Part shown: positions 18,129 to 25,530 of the stretch, in pieces | Layout: the number at the start of each line of letters is the position of its first letter | Position numbering within the stretch: the first letter of the stretch is position 1 | Assembly (NCBI RefSeq): GCF_015482775.1 | Contig: NZ_CP058214.1 | Span: 1,846,272 to 1,878,271, forward strand | DNA: 32,000 nucleotides | Reading direction: 5' to 3' | From: Kaustia mangrovi | Lineage (GTDB): Bacteria; Pseudomonadota; Alphaproteobacteria; Rhizobiales; Im1 | Position numbers and translations under genes: made by a program | The notes under the pieces: model-generated | What the model saw: only the letters and a program-made list of their open reading frames with translations | What the model was told of the DNA's origin: nothing | Databases searched by the model: none

Positions 18129-18983
18129 TCATGCCGCCAATTTCTCGTCTCGACTTTGCCAGTATGCCTCCCTCGGCGTTCTGCGCTCAAGGGCGGAATG
18201 GGGCCGCTCGGTGTTGTAGAAGGTCATCCAGTCGCCGATGACGCGACGCGCCTTGAAGCCGTCGGTCAGTTCTTCGAGATAGATCGCTTCCTGTTTCAGC
18301 GATCGCCACAGGCGCTCGATGAAGATGTTGTCCATGCAGCGGCCACGTCCATCCATCGAGATGCGCACGCCAGCCTCGCTCAGCGTGGTAATCCAAGCGC
18401 TGCCAGTGAACTGCGACCCCTGATCCGTGTTCATGATCCCGGGCGAACCAAAGCGGACAATGGCCTCCTTCAGCGCCTCGACGCAGAACTCGGCGTACAT
18501 CGTGTTCGACAACCGCCAGCTCAATACCTTGCGCGTCGCCCAGTCCATGATGGCCACGAGATAGAGAAAGCCGCGGCGCACCGGCACGAACGTGATGTCG
18601 GCACACCAGACCTGGTTCGGCTGGTCGATGGTCATGTTGCGCAGCAGATATGGATAGACCGGGTGCTGCGGATGCGGCTGGCTGGTATTCGGACGTTTGT
18701 AGATCGCTTCCATACCTATAATCCGCATCAGGCGTCGGACACGATGGCGGCCGACACCTATGCCGTCCCGCTGCAGATAGGTCGCGATCTGCCGGCTGCC
18801 AAAGAAGGGATACTTCGTGAAGGCCTTGTCGACCGCCGTCATCACCGCCAGCGTCGCATCGTCGATCCCGACCGCTTCATAGTAGAAGGCCGACCGGCTC
18901 AGTTTCACCAACCGGCATTGCTGACTGACACTCAGTTCGGGATGACTACGGCAGATCATGATCTTTTTCTCGGCCGGGCTCAT
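18129..18983 (-). CDS. IS3-family transposase OrfB (DDE/integrase core)
   Basis: WCADITFVPVRRGFLYLVAIMDWATRKVLSW...NTDQGSQFTG...DNIFIERLWRSLKQEAIY is an rve-type DDE catalytic core. It is probably expressed as an OrfAB fusion by a -1 frameshift. Confidence 0.92.
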   Translation of the reverse strand: MSPAEKKIMICRSHPELSVSQQCRLVKLSRSAFYYEAVGIDDATLAVMTAVDKAFTKYPFFGSRQIATYLQRDGIGVGRHRVRRLMRIIGMEAIYKRPNTSQPHPQHPVYPYLLRNMTIDQPNQVWCADITFVPVRRGFLYLVAIMDWATRKVLSWRLSNTMYAEFCVEALKEAIVRFGSPGIMNTDQGSQFTGSAWITTLSEAGVRISMDGRGRCMDNIFIERLWRSLKQEAIYLEELTDGFKARRVIGDWMTFYNTERPHSALERRTPREAYWQSRDEKLAA

Positions 18984-19258
18984 CGCTTGAGCCCTTGAGA
19001 CAAAAAATCGTTCTCAACGGCCAACCTCCCGATCTTGGCGTGCAACTCCTTCGCCTCGGCTTCCGTTGGCCCGTCCGCCTTGCCGCCACAGGCGAACACA
19101 TCGGCCATGCCGTCAACAGCTTGCCGCTTCCACTGACTCATCTGGTTCGGATGCACCTGATGCTTGGCCGCAATCTCCTGGATCGTCCTATCGCCACGCA
19201 ATGCTTCAAGCGCGACTTTCGCCTTGAACTGGTCTGAAAACTTCCGGCGTTTCGCCAT
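18980..19258 (-). CDS. IS3-family transposase OrfA (HTH)
   Basis: MAKRRKFSDQFKAKVALEALRGDRTIQEIAAKHQVHPNQMSQWKRQ. ATG 19258, preceded by ggaggg, is preferred over the TTG at 19273 in the ORF track. The stop overlaps the orfB ATG (ATGA). Confidence 0.9.
   Translation of the reverse strand: MAKRRKFSDQFKAKVALEALRGDRTIQEIAAKHQVHPNQMSQWKRQAVDGMADVFACGGKADGPTEAEAKELHAKIGRLAVENDFLSQGLKR
19001..19007 (-). promoter_or_regulatory. Candidate -1 programmed ribosomal frameshift heptamer T TTT TTG joining orfA to orfB
   Basis: On the minus strand orfA reads ...gaT TTT TTG tct.... This is an X XXY YYZ heptamer in the orfA zero frame, 18 nt before the orfA stop. The -1 frame continues FFVSRAQAMSPAEKK directly into orfB. 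Confidence 0.65.
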
Positions 19259-19281
19259 CTCGTATCCCTCCAAACGGTTCG

Positions 19282-19324
19282 GGATACACCTTAGCCAACT
19301 GTCCGAATTTCCGGGATCACTTCA
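19282..19324. repeat. IS3-family element inverted repeat (orfA-proximal end)
   Basis: The reverse complement reads TGAAGTGATCCCGGAAATTCGGACAGTTGGCTAAGGTGTATCC. Confidence 0.85.
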
Positions 19325-19432
19325 CACAGCCAAAGCCAGAGATGTCGCCTTCCCAATGCCAGTTGCGCCGCCTGTGACAAGCGCAACCTTTCCCAAAATA
19401 CCCGTTAGATCAGTCACGCTTGCACAACCCAT
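19325..19432 (-). pseudogene. 5' remnant (36 codons) of an SDR-family oxidoreductase gene, cut off by the IS3 element
   Basis: The minus-strand translation is MGCASVTDLTGILGKVALVTGGATGIGKATSLALAV, which carries the TGxxxGIG Rossmann motif. It ends exactly at the IS terminus (19324). No continuation is found on the other side of the IS in any frame. Confidence 0.75.
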
Positions 19433-19478
19433 ACCGCCGTACTATAGTTGCTTCATACAACCATATTACGGGTATGCA

Positions 19479-20429
19479 ATGACCGCAACAGATTTCATGA
19501 TGATTGGACGAATCCGGGACGCCTCGCGTCGGCTGGTTCGCGAACTTGGCTTCATGGAAGCGACGCTTGCCGGTGCCGACCTAACGCCCTCAGCCGTTCA
19601 TGCGATCATCGAAGTTGGCTCGGGACGGACAACGAATGCCCGCGGCCTGACGCAAACGCTGCGCTTGGAAAAGTCGACAGTCAGCAGGCTGCTAAAAAAC
19701 TTGATCGCGGACGGTTACCTCACTGAACAGCGGGATGACTGCGACACGCGCATGAAGCGGCTAGCGCTGACCGAACGTGGGCAAGCCAGTCTCGCTGGCA
19801 TTACGGATTACGCTGTCGACCAGGTTACCGAGGCGATTTCATCTTTGTCGGCAAAAGACGTTGCGACAATTGCGAAAGGGCTCGAAATTTATGCTGCAGC
19901 GCTGGGGTCGACTGACCACGCGTCGGAAACGAAGGCGACGATCTCTGAGGGCTATCGGCCGGGCATTATCGGCCGCATGCTGCAGATGCATGCTGAATAC
20001 TACGCACGCACCGTCGGCTTCGGTGCTGCTTTCGAAACCGGATTGGCGACCGATATGGGCGCATTCTTCTCCCGCCTCGAAAATGAAGAGAATGGTTTCT
20101 GGGTAGCGGAAATCGATGGACGACCGGTTGGCACGATCGCGATCGATGGCGAAGACTTGGGCCAAGGCATTGCCCATCTGCGTTGGTTCATCACAGCAGA
20201 AGACCTGCAGGGCCAAGGCATAGGCAAGCGATTGATCGATACCGCGCTACGTTTCGTCGATAGTCGAAGCATGCGCGAAACACGGCTCTGGACCTTTCAG
20301 GGACTCGATGCCGCCAAGCATCTCTATGAGCGAGTCGGCTTCGAACTGGTAGAAGAAAAACCGGGGCAGCAATGGGGATCCGAGGTGCTGGAACAGCAGT
20401 TCCTGCGTGTTTCGCCGTTGCAGGCATGA
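19479..20429 (+). CDS. MarR-type HTH regulator fused to a GNAT N-acetyltransferase domain
   Basis: The N-terminal half has the winged-helix sequence TPSAVHAIIEVGSGRTTNARGLTQTLRLEKSTVSRLLKNLIADGYLTEQRDDCDTRMKRLALTERG. The C-terminal half has the GNAT motif A region (LRWFITAEDLQGQGIGKRLIDTAL) and HLYERVGFELV. The ORF track extends upstream to 19164 across the IS end. ATG 19479 (MTATDFMMIGR) is the first plausible start. Confidence 0.8.
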   Translation: MTATDFMMIGRIRDASRRLVRELGFMEATLAGADLTPSAVHAIIEVGSGRTTNARGLTQTLRLEKSTVSRLLKNLIADGYLTEQRDDCDTRMKRLALTERGQASLAGITDYAVDQVTEAISSLSAKDVATIAKGLEIYAAALGSTDHASETKATISEGYRPGIIGRMLQMHAEYYARTVGFGAAFETGLATDMGAFFSRLENEENGFWVAEIDGRPVGTIAIDGEDLGQGIAHLRWFITAEDLQGQGIGKRLIDTALRFVDSRSMRETRLWTFQGLDAAKHLYERVGFELVEEKPGQQWGSEVLEQQFLRVSPLQA

Positions 20430-21065
20430 CGCGTTCCAGACAACGGGCGTCACAGTCTAAATCGCCACCCTGGTCCCGTCGTCACCGGCCTTTTGTCGTT
20501 TTTGGGAAATGTACAATGGAGCGACGCTATGGCCAAGTTCGGCACCCCATCGCGGATTTGGTTGCCATTCGGAGCATTCTCGACGGCAGGTATCCCGAAT
20601 GACGGCAAATCGTCCGTCTGAAAGGCCAGATTCTGCTGGATGGAGCCGGGAGCGACGCTGAGCAAACCGATATGCTCACGCAAGTTCGGCAAATATTGTT
20701 AGCGTTGTGGTGCGTGCATATAACGGTCAGCTCGCGGATATCATAGAGCTAAATCCATTGCCATTTTCCACAGCGCCAGAACATGGCACCCAAGTTGAGA
20801 ACTCTAACACAGCACGTACATGGCTACTGACAGCTATGACCCAAATGATGGGACAGAGCATCAAAATTCTCGACAAACTCGATCTCAACGCCGGCGTATC
20901 CCCAGAGCATACCTGCCAATTCGACAGACCAATCCCATTGACGGCTCGGCTCGGCTCGGAAAATCAGGCCGCCTCGAGAGCGCCAACGGTGAAGTGCGGA
21001 TGCCTGTCAAGAACTTCAAAGCCCACAAGTCTCCTTCCCGATCCCAACTTCCATTGAAGCTTGAC

Positions 21066-21082
21066 GCATCGATGATCGATGC
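21066..21082. promoter_or_regulatory. Perfect 8-1-8 palindrome GCATCGAT-G-ATCGATGC, candidate PadR operator inside a promoter-like spacer
   Basis: The palindrome exactly fills the 17-nt spacer between TTGACG (21061-21066) and TAGAGT (21084-21089), immediately upstream of padR. A related copy lies at 21522-21540. Confidence 0.5.
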
Positions 21083-21098
21083 ATAGAGTATCTATATT

Positions 21099-21506
21099 AT
21101 GAGTGAACATTACCCGTCGACGTCGAGCCAGCCAGACTTTCTAAGTCGTTCCTACTGGAACGGGACGATAAAGATGAGTCTGTCGAAATTCTTTATCCTG
21201 AGCGCACTGCATCGTCGCCCAATGCATGGCTACGATATCGCCAAGGAAGTTGCTCGCATGTCAAATGGCTGCTGCTCGCCGACGGAAGGCACGATCTACC
21301 CAGTTCTTCGGCAGTATGAAGATGGCGGATATGTCACCTCCCATGAGGAAACCGTGTCGGGGCGACTTCGCAAAGTCTACGAGCTAACGGAAAGAGGGCA
21401 CAAGGCATTCGAAGTGGCAGTCGCAGCCTGGATGGAGGTGACGCAGAGCCTGATCGACTGCCAGCGTCTCGTCAGACGGTCTCCCCTAACCGACGAACCC
21501 GTGTAG
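21099..21506 (+). CDS. PadR-family transcriptional regulator
   Basis: FFILSALHRRPMHGYDIAKEV...GTIYPVLRQYEDGGYVTSHEETVSGRLRKVYELTERG is the canonical PadR winged-helix signature. An alternative start at ATG 21174 (MSLSKFFIL...) is at least as plausible as 21099. Confidence 0.85.
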   Translation: MSEHYPSTSSQPDFLSRSYWNGTIKMSLSKFFILSALHRRPMHGYDIAKEVARMSNGCCSPTEGTIYPVLRQYEDGGYVTSHEETVSGRLRKVYELTERGHKAFEVAVAAWMEVTQSLIDCQRLVRRSPLTDEPV

Positions 21507-21521
21507 TTTTTTTAGCCAAAT

Positions 21522-21540
21522 ACATCGATCATCTATGCAT
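21522..21540. promoter_or_regulatory. Second copy of the padR-type box (ACATCGATCATCTATGCAT) upstream of the flavoprotein gene
   Basis: It matches 18 of 23 positions when aligned with GCATCGATGATCGATGCATAGAG at 21066-21088. It lies 30 nt upstream of ATG 21570. Confidence 0.4.
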
Positions 21541-21569
21541 TGATGGTCAACTTAATAAGGGAGCTATAC

Positions 21570-22901
21570 ATGCAACCAAAACTGCCAATCGCAGTGATCG
21601 GCGCAGGTCCGGTAGGATTGGCTGCGGCGGCACATCTTATTCAGCGTGGGCTAGAACCGGTCATTTTCGAGCGCGGAGAGCATGCGGCAACGGCGGTAAG
21701 ACAGTGGGGCCATGTGAGGGTTTTCACCCCATGGACTTATGTCATCGATTCCGCCGCCCGCGCATTGCTGTCCGAGATCGACTGGACGGAACCGCAACCC
21801 GATGCCTTGCCGACTGGTGATGAGATCGTCGACGCCTATCTGGCGCCGTTGGCCGCCCATCCGTCAATTGCGGCACGACTTCATACCAACGCAACCGTAA
21901 CAGACGTAACCCGTGACGGCGCCTCGAAAATCCATTCCGAGGGTCGCGAAACGGCATCGTTCGCTGTCCATTGGCGCGATGCTGCAGGTATCGCTAATCG
22001 CACGCTCGTCAGCGCCGTTATTGATGCGTCTGGAACATGGTTCGACGCAAATCCGATTGGGATCGGCGGGCTACCTGTTCCGGGCGAGACTGACGCGGCC
22101 GACCGGATCGAGTACCGCATTCCCGATGTTCTTGGGCGGGATCGTGCGACCTATGCCGGTCAAAGGATCTTGTTGCTCGGCGGCGGTCATTCCGCAGCAA
22201 ATGTCGCCCTCGACCTTGCGACACTGCATGGGCAACACCCTGACACCCGGATCTCCTGGGGGATTCGGCGCAAGTCGATTGAGAGTTTGTTGGGGGGCGG
22301 CGCCGATGACGAGCTGCCGGCACGCGGCCAGCTTGGCCTTGCGGCCAAAGACGCGATTGATACCGGCACACTTGAACTCCTTGCTCCCTACGCTGTTGAT
22401 CGGATCGAGCGTATCGGCGACGGGATCAAGGTCTTCGGCCACCGTGCTGGCGTTCCCATGGAATTGGTCGTCGACCGCATCGTGGTCACCACCGGTTTCC
22501 GCCCCAATATCGACATGTTGCGGGAGCTTCGCGTGGAGCTCGACCCGATGCTCGAAGCGCCTCCGAAGCTTGCGCCCTTGATCGATCCGAACGTCCACTC
22601 ATGCGGCTCCGTTCCGCCCCATGGCGTAGCTGAGCTCGCCCACCCGGAACCAGGCTTTTTCATCGTGGGCATGAAGTCCTATGGCCGGGCCCCCACCTTC
22701 TTGATGCTGACCGGCTATGAGCAAGTACGTTCCGTAGCCGCGGAACTGGCGGGAGACCATGACGCCGCCCGCCGTGTCGAGCTGAAACTGCCCGAAACTG
22801 GTGTGTGCGGTGGCTTTACGGCGGCATCCTGCTGCGAACCGGAAGCCGAAACGGATCTGACATCCTCACAAGAAACCGAAGCTGAAGAATCGGTTTCGTG
22901 A
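21570..22901 (+). CDS. FAD/NAD(P)-binding oxidoreductase (two-dinucleotide-binding-domain flavoprotein), function unknown
   Basis: The N-terminal PIAVIGAGPVGLAAAAHL is a GxGxxG motif, and ILLLGGGHSAANVALDL is a second dinucleotide fold. The RBS aagggag lies at 21557-21563, before ATG 21570. The acidic C-terminal tail contains GVCGG and SCCEPE. Confidence 0.75.
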   Translation: MQPKLPIAVIGAGPVGLAAAAHLIQRGLEPVIFERGEHAATAVRQWGHVRVFTPWTYVIDSAARALLSEIDWTEPQPDALPTGDEIVDAYLAPLAAHPSIAARLHTNATVTDVTRDGASKIHSEGRETASFAVHWRDAAGIANRTLVSAVIDASGTWFDANPIGIGGLPVPGETDAADRIEYRIPDVLGRDRATYAGQRILLLGGGHSAANVALDLATLHGQHPDTRISWGIRRKSIESLLGGGADDELPARGQLGLAAKDAIDTGTLELLAPYAVDRIERIGDGIKVFGHRAGVPMELVVDRIVVTTGFRPNIDMLRELRVELDPMLEAPPKLAPLIDPNVHSCGSVPPHGVAELAHPEPGFFIVGMKSYGRAPTFLMLTGYEQVRSVAAELAGDHDAARRVELKLPETGVCGGFTAASCCEPEAETDLTSSQETEAEESVS

Positions 22902-24187
22902 CGGCGGGCGGTGTTCAAGAGTCCAAGCTACACGGCGTGATGGCGGACGAACGGTTCTTCATCACCGCGCTCGGCATCGGACAGATCTGTTCCTGGGGAA
23001 CGCTCTACTACAGCTTCCCCCAGGTTACAGAAGCCATGGCGCTTGAATTCGGCTGGTCCCGCGCGGAGCAGTACGGACCGTTGACATTCGGCCTCGTGCT
23101 TTCCGCGATGCTCAGCTACCCGATTGGGGCAGCCATCGACCGTGGATACGGTCGTGTCATTCTCGCGGGCGCATCCCTGGCAGCCGGATTGTTGATGGGT
23201 CTGTGGTCGCTGGTGTCAACTCTGGCTGGCTTCTATCTGATCTTTGCCGGGATTGCGGCGCTGTTCGCCGCCACACTCTACGAGCCAGCCTTTGCCGTCG
23301 TCGGTCGTCGCGTTGGACCGGCTCATGCCCGCCGGGGGATCACGGCCCTTACCCTTTGGGGTGGATTTGCCAGCACCGTTTTCGTGCCCCTCATCGAATT
23401 GGTAATGGACGTCTATGGCTGGCGGGCCGTCCTATGGCTCCTGGCTCTGGTGAATATCGGCATCTGCGCCCCGCTTTACGCTACGGCGATCCGCCCTCGG
23501 CTGGACAAGGCCAAAGACACGGACCGGACCGTATCGACAGATGGCGGGCGATGCATCTCGCCCTCACAGGAAAGCATCGTCCGGCGCTTGGTTGGACGAC
23601 CCGTTTTCTGGTTCATCGCCGTCTTCTTCATCGCCCAGGCCGCTCTGATGTCGGCCTTCATCTTTCACCTTTATCCCCTCCTGTTGGAGCGTGGACTGGG
23701 GGCGCAGGACGTGGTGATGGTAATTGCCGTTATCGGGCCGGCACAAGTGGCCGGCCGGCTGGCGATCTCGCTGTTGGCAAACAATGCCTCAATCACTGCG
23801 ATAGGGGCCGTCACTGTCGGGGTCATGCTGGTCGTGTTTGCCGCGCTGGCCTTTCTCGATGCGGGTCTCGCGACCATTATCGCCATCGCGTCGGCCTACG
23901 GTGCCGCAAATGGCGTGATGACGATCGTGCGCGGGCTGACGGTGCCTGAACTGCTAACGACCAGGTTCTACGGAACGATCAACGGCCTACTGGCGGCTCC
24001 ATCAACCATCGCCAAGGCACTCGCCCCGGTCGGAGCAGCTTATTTATGGGATCTTTCAGGCAGTTACGAACTCGTCGTCGTCGCGTTACTTTTCGGAGCG
24101 CTCATTATGAGTTCTGCATACTGGGGAGCCATTCTCATCAAAGCCACCAGCGATCGCGCCGAACCAAACATGCGTCACCGTCAGTAA
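22898..24187 (+). CDS. MFS-family transporter
   Basis: About 12 predicted TM helices are visible in the translation. GTG 22898 overlaps the flavoprotein stop (GTGA). The alternative start is ATG 22940 (MADERFF...). Confidence 0.75.
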   Translation: MTAGGVQESKLHGVMADERFFITALGIGQICSWGTLYYSFPQVTEAMALEFGWSRAEQYGPLTFGLVLSAMLSYPIGAAIDRGYGRVILAGASLAAGLLMGLWSLVSTLAGFYLIFAGIAALFAATLYEPAFAVVGRRVGPAHARRGITALTLWGGFASTVFVPLIELVMDVYGWRAVLWLLALVNIGICAPLYATAIRPRLDKAKDTDRTVSTDGGRCISPSQESIVRRLVGRPVFWFIAVFFIAQAALMSAFIFHLYPLLLERGLGAQDVVMVIAVIGPAQVAGRLAISLLANNASITAIGAVTVGVMLVVFAALAFLDAGLATIIAIASAYGAANGVMTIVRGLTVPELLTTRFYGTINGLLAAPSTIAKALAPVGAAYLWDLSGSYELVVVALLFGALIMSSAYWGAILIKATSDRAEPNMRHRQ

Positions 24188-24227
24188 GAGAAGCCGCAAG
24201 TTCACGCCAATACCGTTTTCAGGCGCC

Positions 24228-24878
24228 TTATCGTCCGACCAACGTCTTTATGCCGAAGAGAACCATTGCACCGGCGAGCACACGATTGACAGCAGTAGAT
24301 GCGGCCAAGTATCGGCGACGAACTTCATGAGTTGATAGAAGTCGCGCGGAGACTCCATACCAAGCGAGTTCCATTAGGAAGCCTCCAGCCAGGATCGCGA
24401 GGCGCGTAGCTAGGGATGCATGCTCGGGAATCGCCACGGCATAGATGCTTACGAAAAAGACCACGGCTTTGGGGTTCGACAGATTGACCATCATGCCGCG
24501 CCACATCCCGGCCCCGAACCCAATTCGCTGGGCAGTGTCGGAATTGCCATGCGTCGATTCCACGTGACCGCTCCTCTGTTCCCGCCAGATTTTCACGCCG
24601 AGCCAGATCAGATAAGCGCCACCGAGAACCTGTAGCACGCGGAGCGCCCATCCCATGCTCTGAACCACCAGAAGAAGACCGGCCATTGAAAGCGCTGCGT
24701 AGAAAGCGGCTGCGCTTGCGAGACCCACAATCGCGCCCGTGGCGACGCGTGCTTGTCCTGACAATGCGGTTTGTGCAACGAGGGTGAAAGCAGGACCCGG
24801 GCTGACGACCACAAGCGCGTAAACACCGAGCGTCGTGTAGATGATACCGAGTTCCGAATACAGACTGGAACCGAACAC
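24228..24878 (-). CDS. LysE/RhtB-family exporter
   Basis: VVVSPGPAFTLVAQTAL, GGAYLIWLGVKIW and NLSNPKAVVFFVSIY are family motifs. The start is GTG 24878. Confidence 0.8.
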   Translation of the reverse strand: MFGSSLYSELGIIYTTLGVYALVVVSPGPAFTLVAQTALSGQARVATGAIVGLASAAAFYAALSMAGLLLVVQSMGWALRVLQVLGGAYLIWLGVKIWREQRSGHVESTHGNSDTAQRIGFGAGMWRGMMVNLSNPKAVVFFVSIYAVAIPEHASLATRLAILAGGFLMELAWYGVSARLLSTHEVRRRYLAASTAVNRVLAGAMVLFGIKTLVGR

Positions 24879-24884
24879 GTTGCA

Positions 24885-25490
24885 TTACCTCTTCAAAGAT
24901 AAGCGGTGATGTAACCGATAGAAGCGCTCGTTATCAAAACGCAGCATGTGAATCGGCAATTCATTAACGGGCAACGACTGATATACATGCTTCCTGCGGA
25001 TGACACAGTGTAGTGCACAAGGCCTTACACCCTGGTATCCACGGTTCCCCGGCCGTTCATCCATGCATTCCCGCGCGCCATCCGGCCGCTGGAATCGATC
25101 CCGCGGGATCTCCACAAATGCCGTCATCTCAATCAGGAGCGACGGATCGTAGAGCGAGACCACTTCGACGGTCGTCGTCACTGGATACGGCGGATCGAAA
25201 TAACCCTTTCGGATATCGCCAGCCTGCATGAATGCTGAGATATCCGTGGTGTATTGCGTCAGTGAGACGATGTCGCTCATGCGACCGTTCACTGAGGCGA
25301 GGAGCAAACTGATATTGTCAAGCACCTGCCGAACCTGCGCGCGCATATCGCCAGCGCCGACTACCTCGCCATCCCGATTAAGGGCCACTTGGCCCTTTAG
25401 ATGGACTGGTTGCCCTCCACCACCGATAACCATCTGAGAAAACGCACCAAAGGGGACCCAAAAGTCGCCCGGATTGAAACACTCCGCCAT
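24885..25490 (-). CDS. RidA/YjgF/L-PSP-family protein with a ~65-aa non-canonical C-terminal extension
   Basis: ATG 25490 is preceded by aaaggag. Residues 1-135 (…HLKGQVALNRDGEVVGAGDMRAQVRQVLDNISLLLASVNGRMSDIVSLTQYTTD…LIEMTAFVEIP) look like a complete RidA fold. The frame then stays open for ~65 more basic, Cys/His-containing codons, ending at TAA 24885-24887. Confidence 0.7.
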   Translation of the reverse strand: MAECFNPGDFWVPFGAFSQMVIGGGGQPVHLKGQVALNRDGEVVGAGDMRAQVRQVLDNISLLLASVNGRMSDIVSLTQYTTDISAFMQAGDIRKGYFDPPYPVTTTVEVVSLYDPSLLIEMTAFVEIPRDRFQRPDGARECMDERPGNRGYQGVRPCALHCVIRRKHVYQSLPVNELPIHMLRFDNERFYRLHHRLSLKR

Positions 25491-25530
25491 TCCTGTGCTC
25501 CTTTCAGGTCGAGTGGTGATTGTGGAGACA

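Larger units (their letters stand above)
18067..19324 (-). mobile_element. IS3-family insertion sequence (1258 bp) with orfA/orfB and terminal TG...CA
   Basis: The terminal inverted repeats begin TGAAGTGATCCCGG at both ends (14/14 identical), followed by further matched blocks (CGGACAGTT, AAGGTGTATCC). Two overlapping transposase ORFs and a slippery heptamer lie inside. Confidence 0.9.

Noticed and set aside
20427-20452. Inverted repeat TGACGC-N14-GCGTCA at the MarR-GNAT stop codon, considered as a possible terminator
   Set aside because: The stem is short, the loop is 14 nt and no T-run follows, so it is not a convincing intrinsic terminator.
20942-20959. CGGCT x3 micro-repeat
   Set aside because: There are only three units, and no second copy or associated structure.
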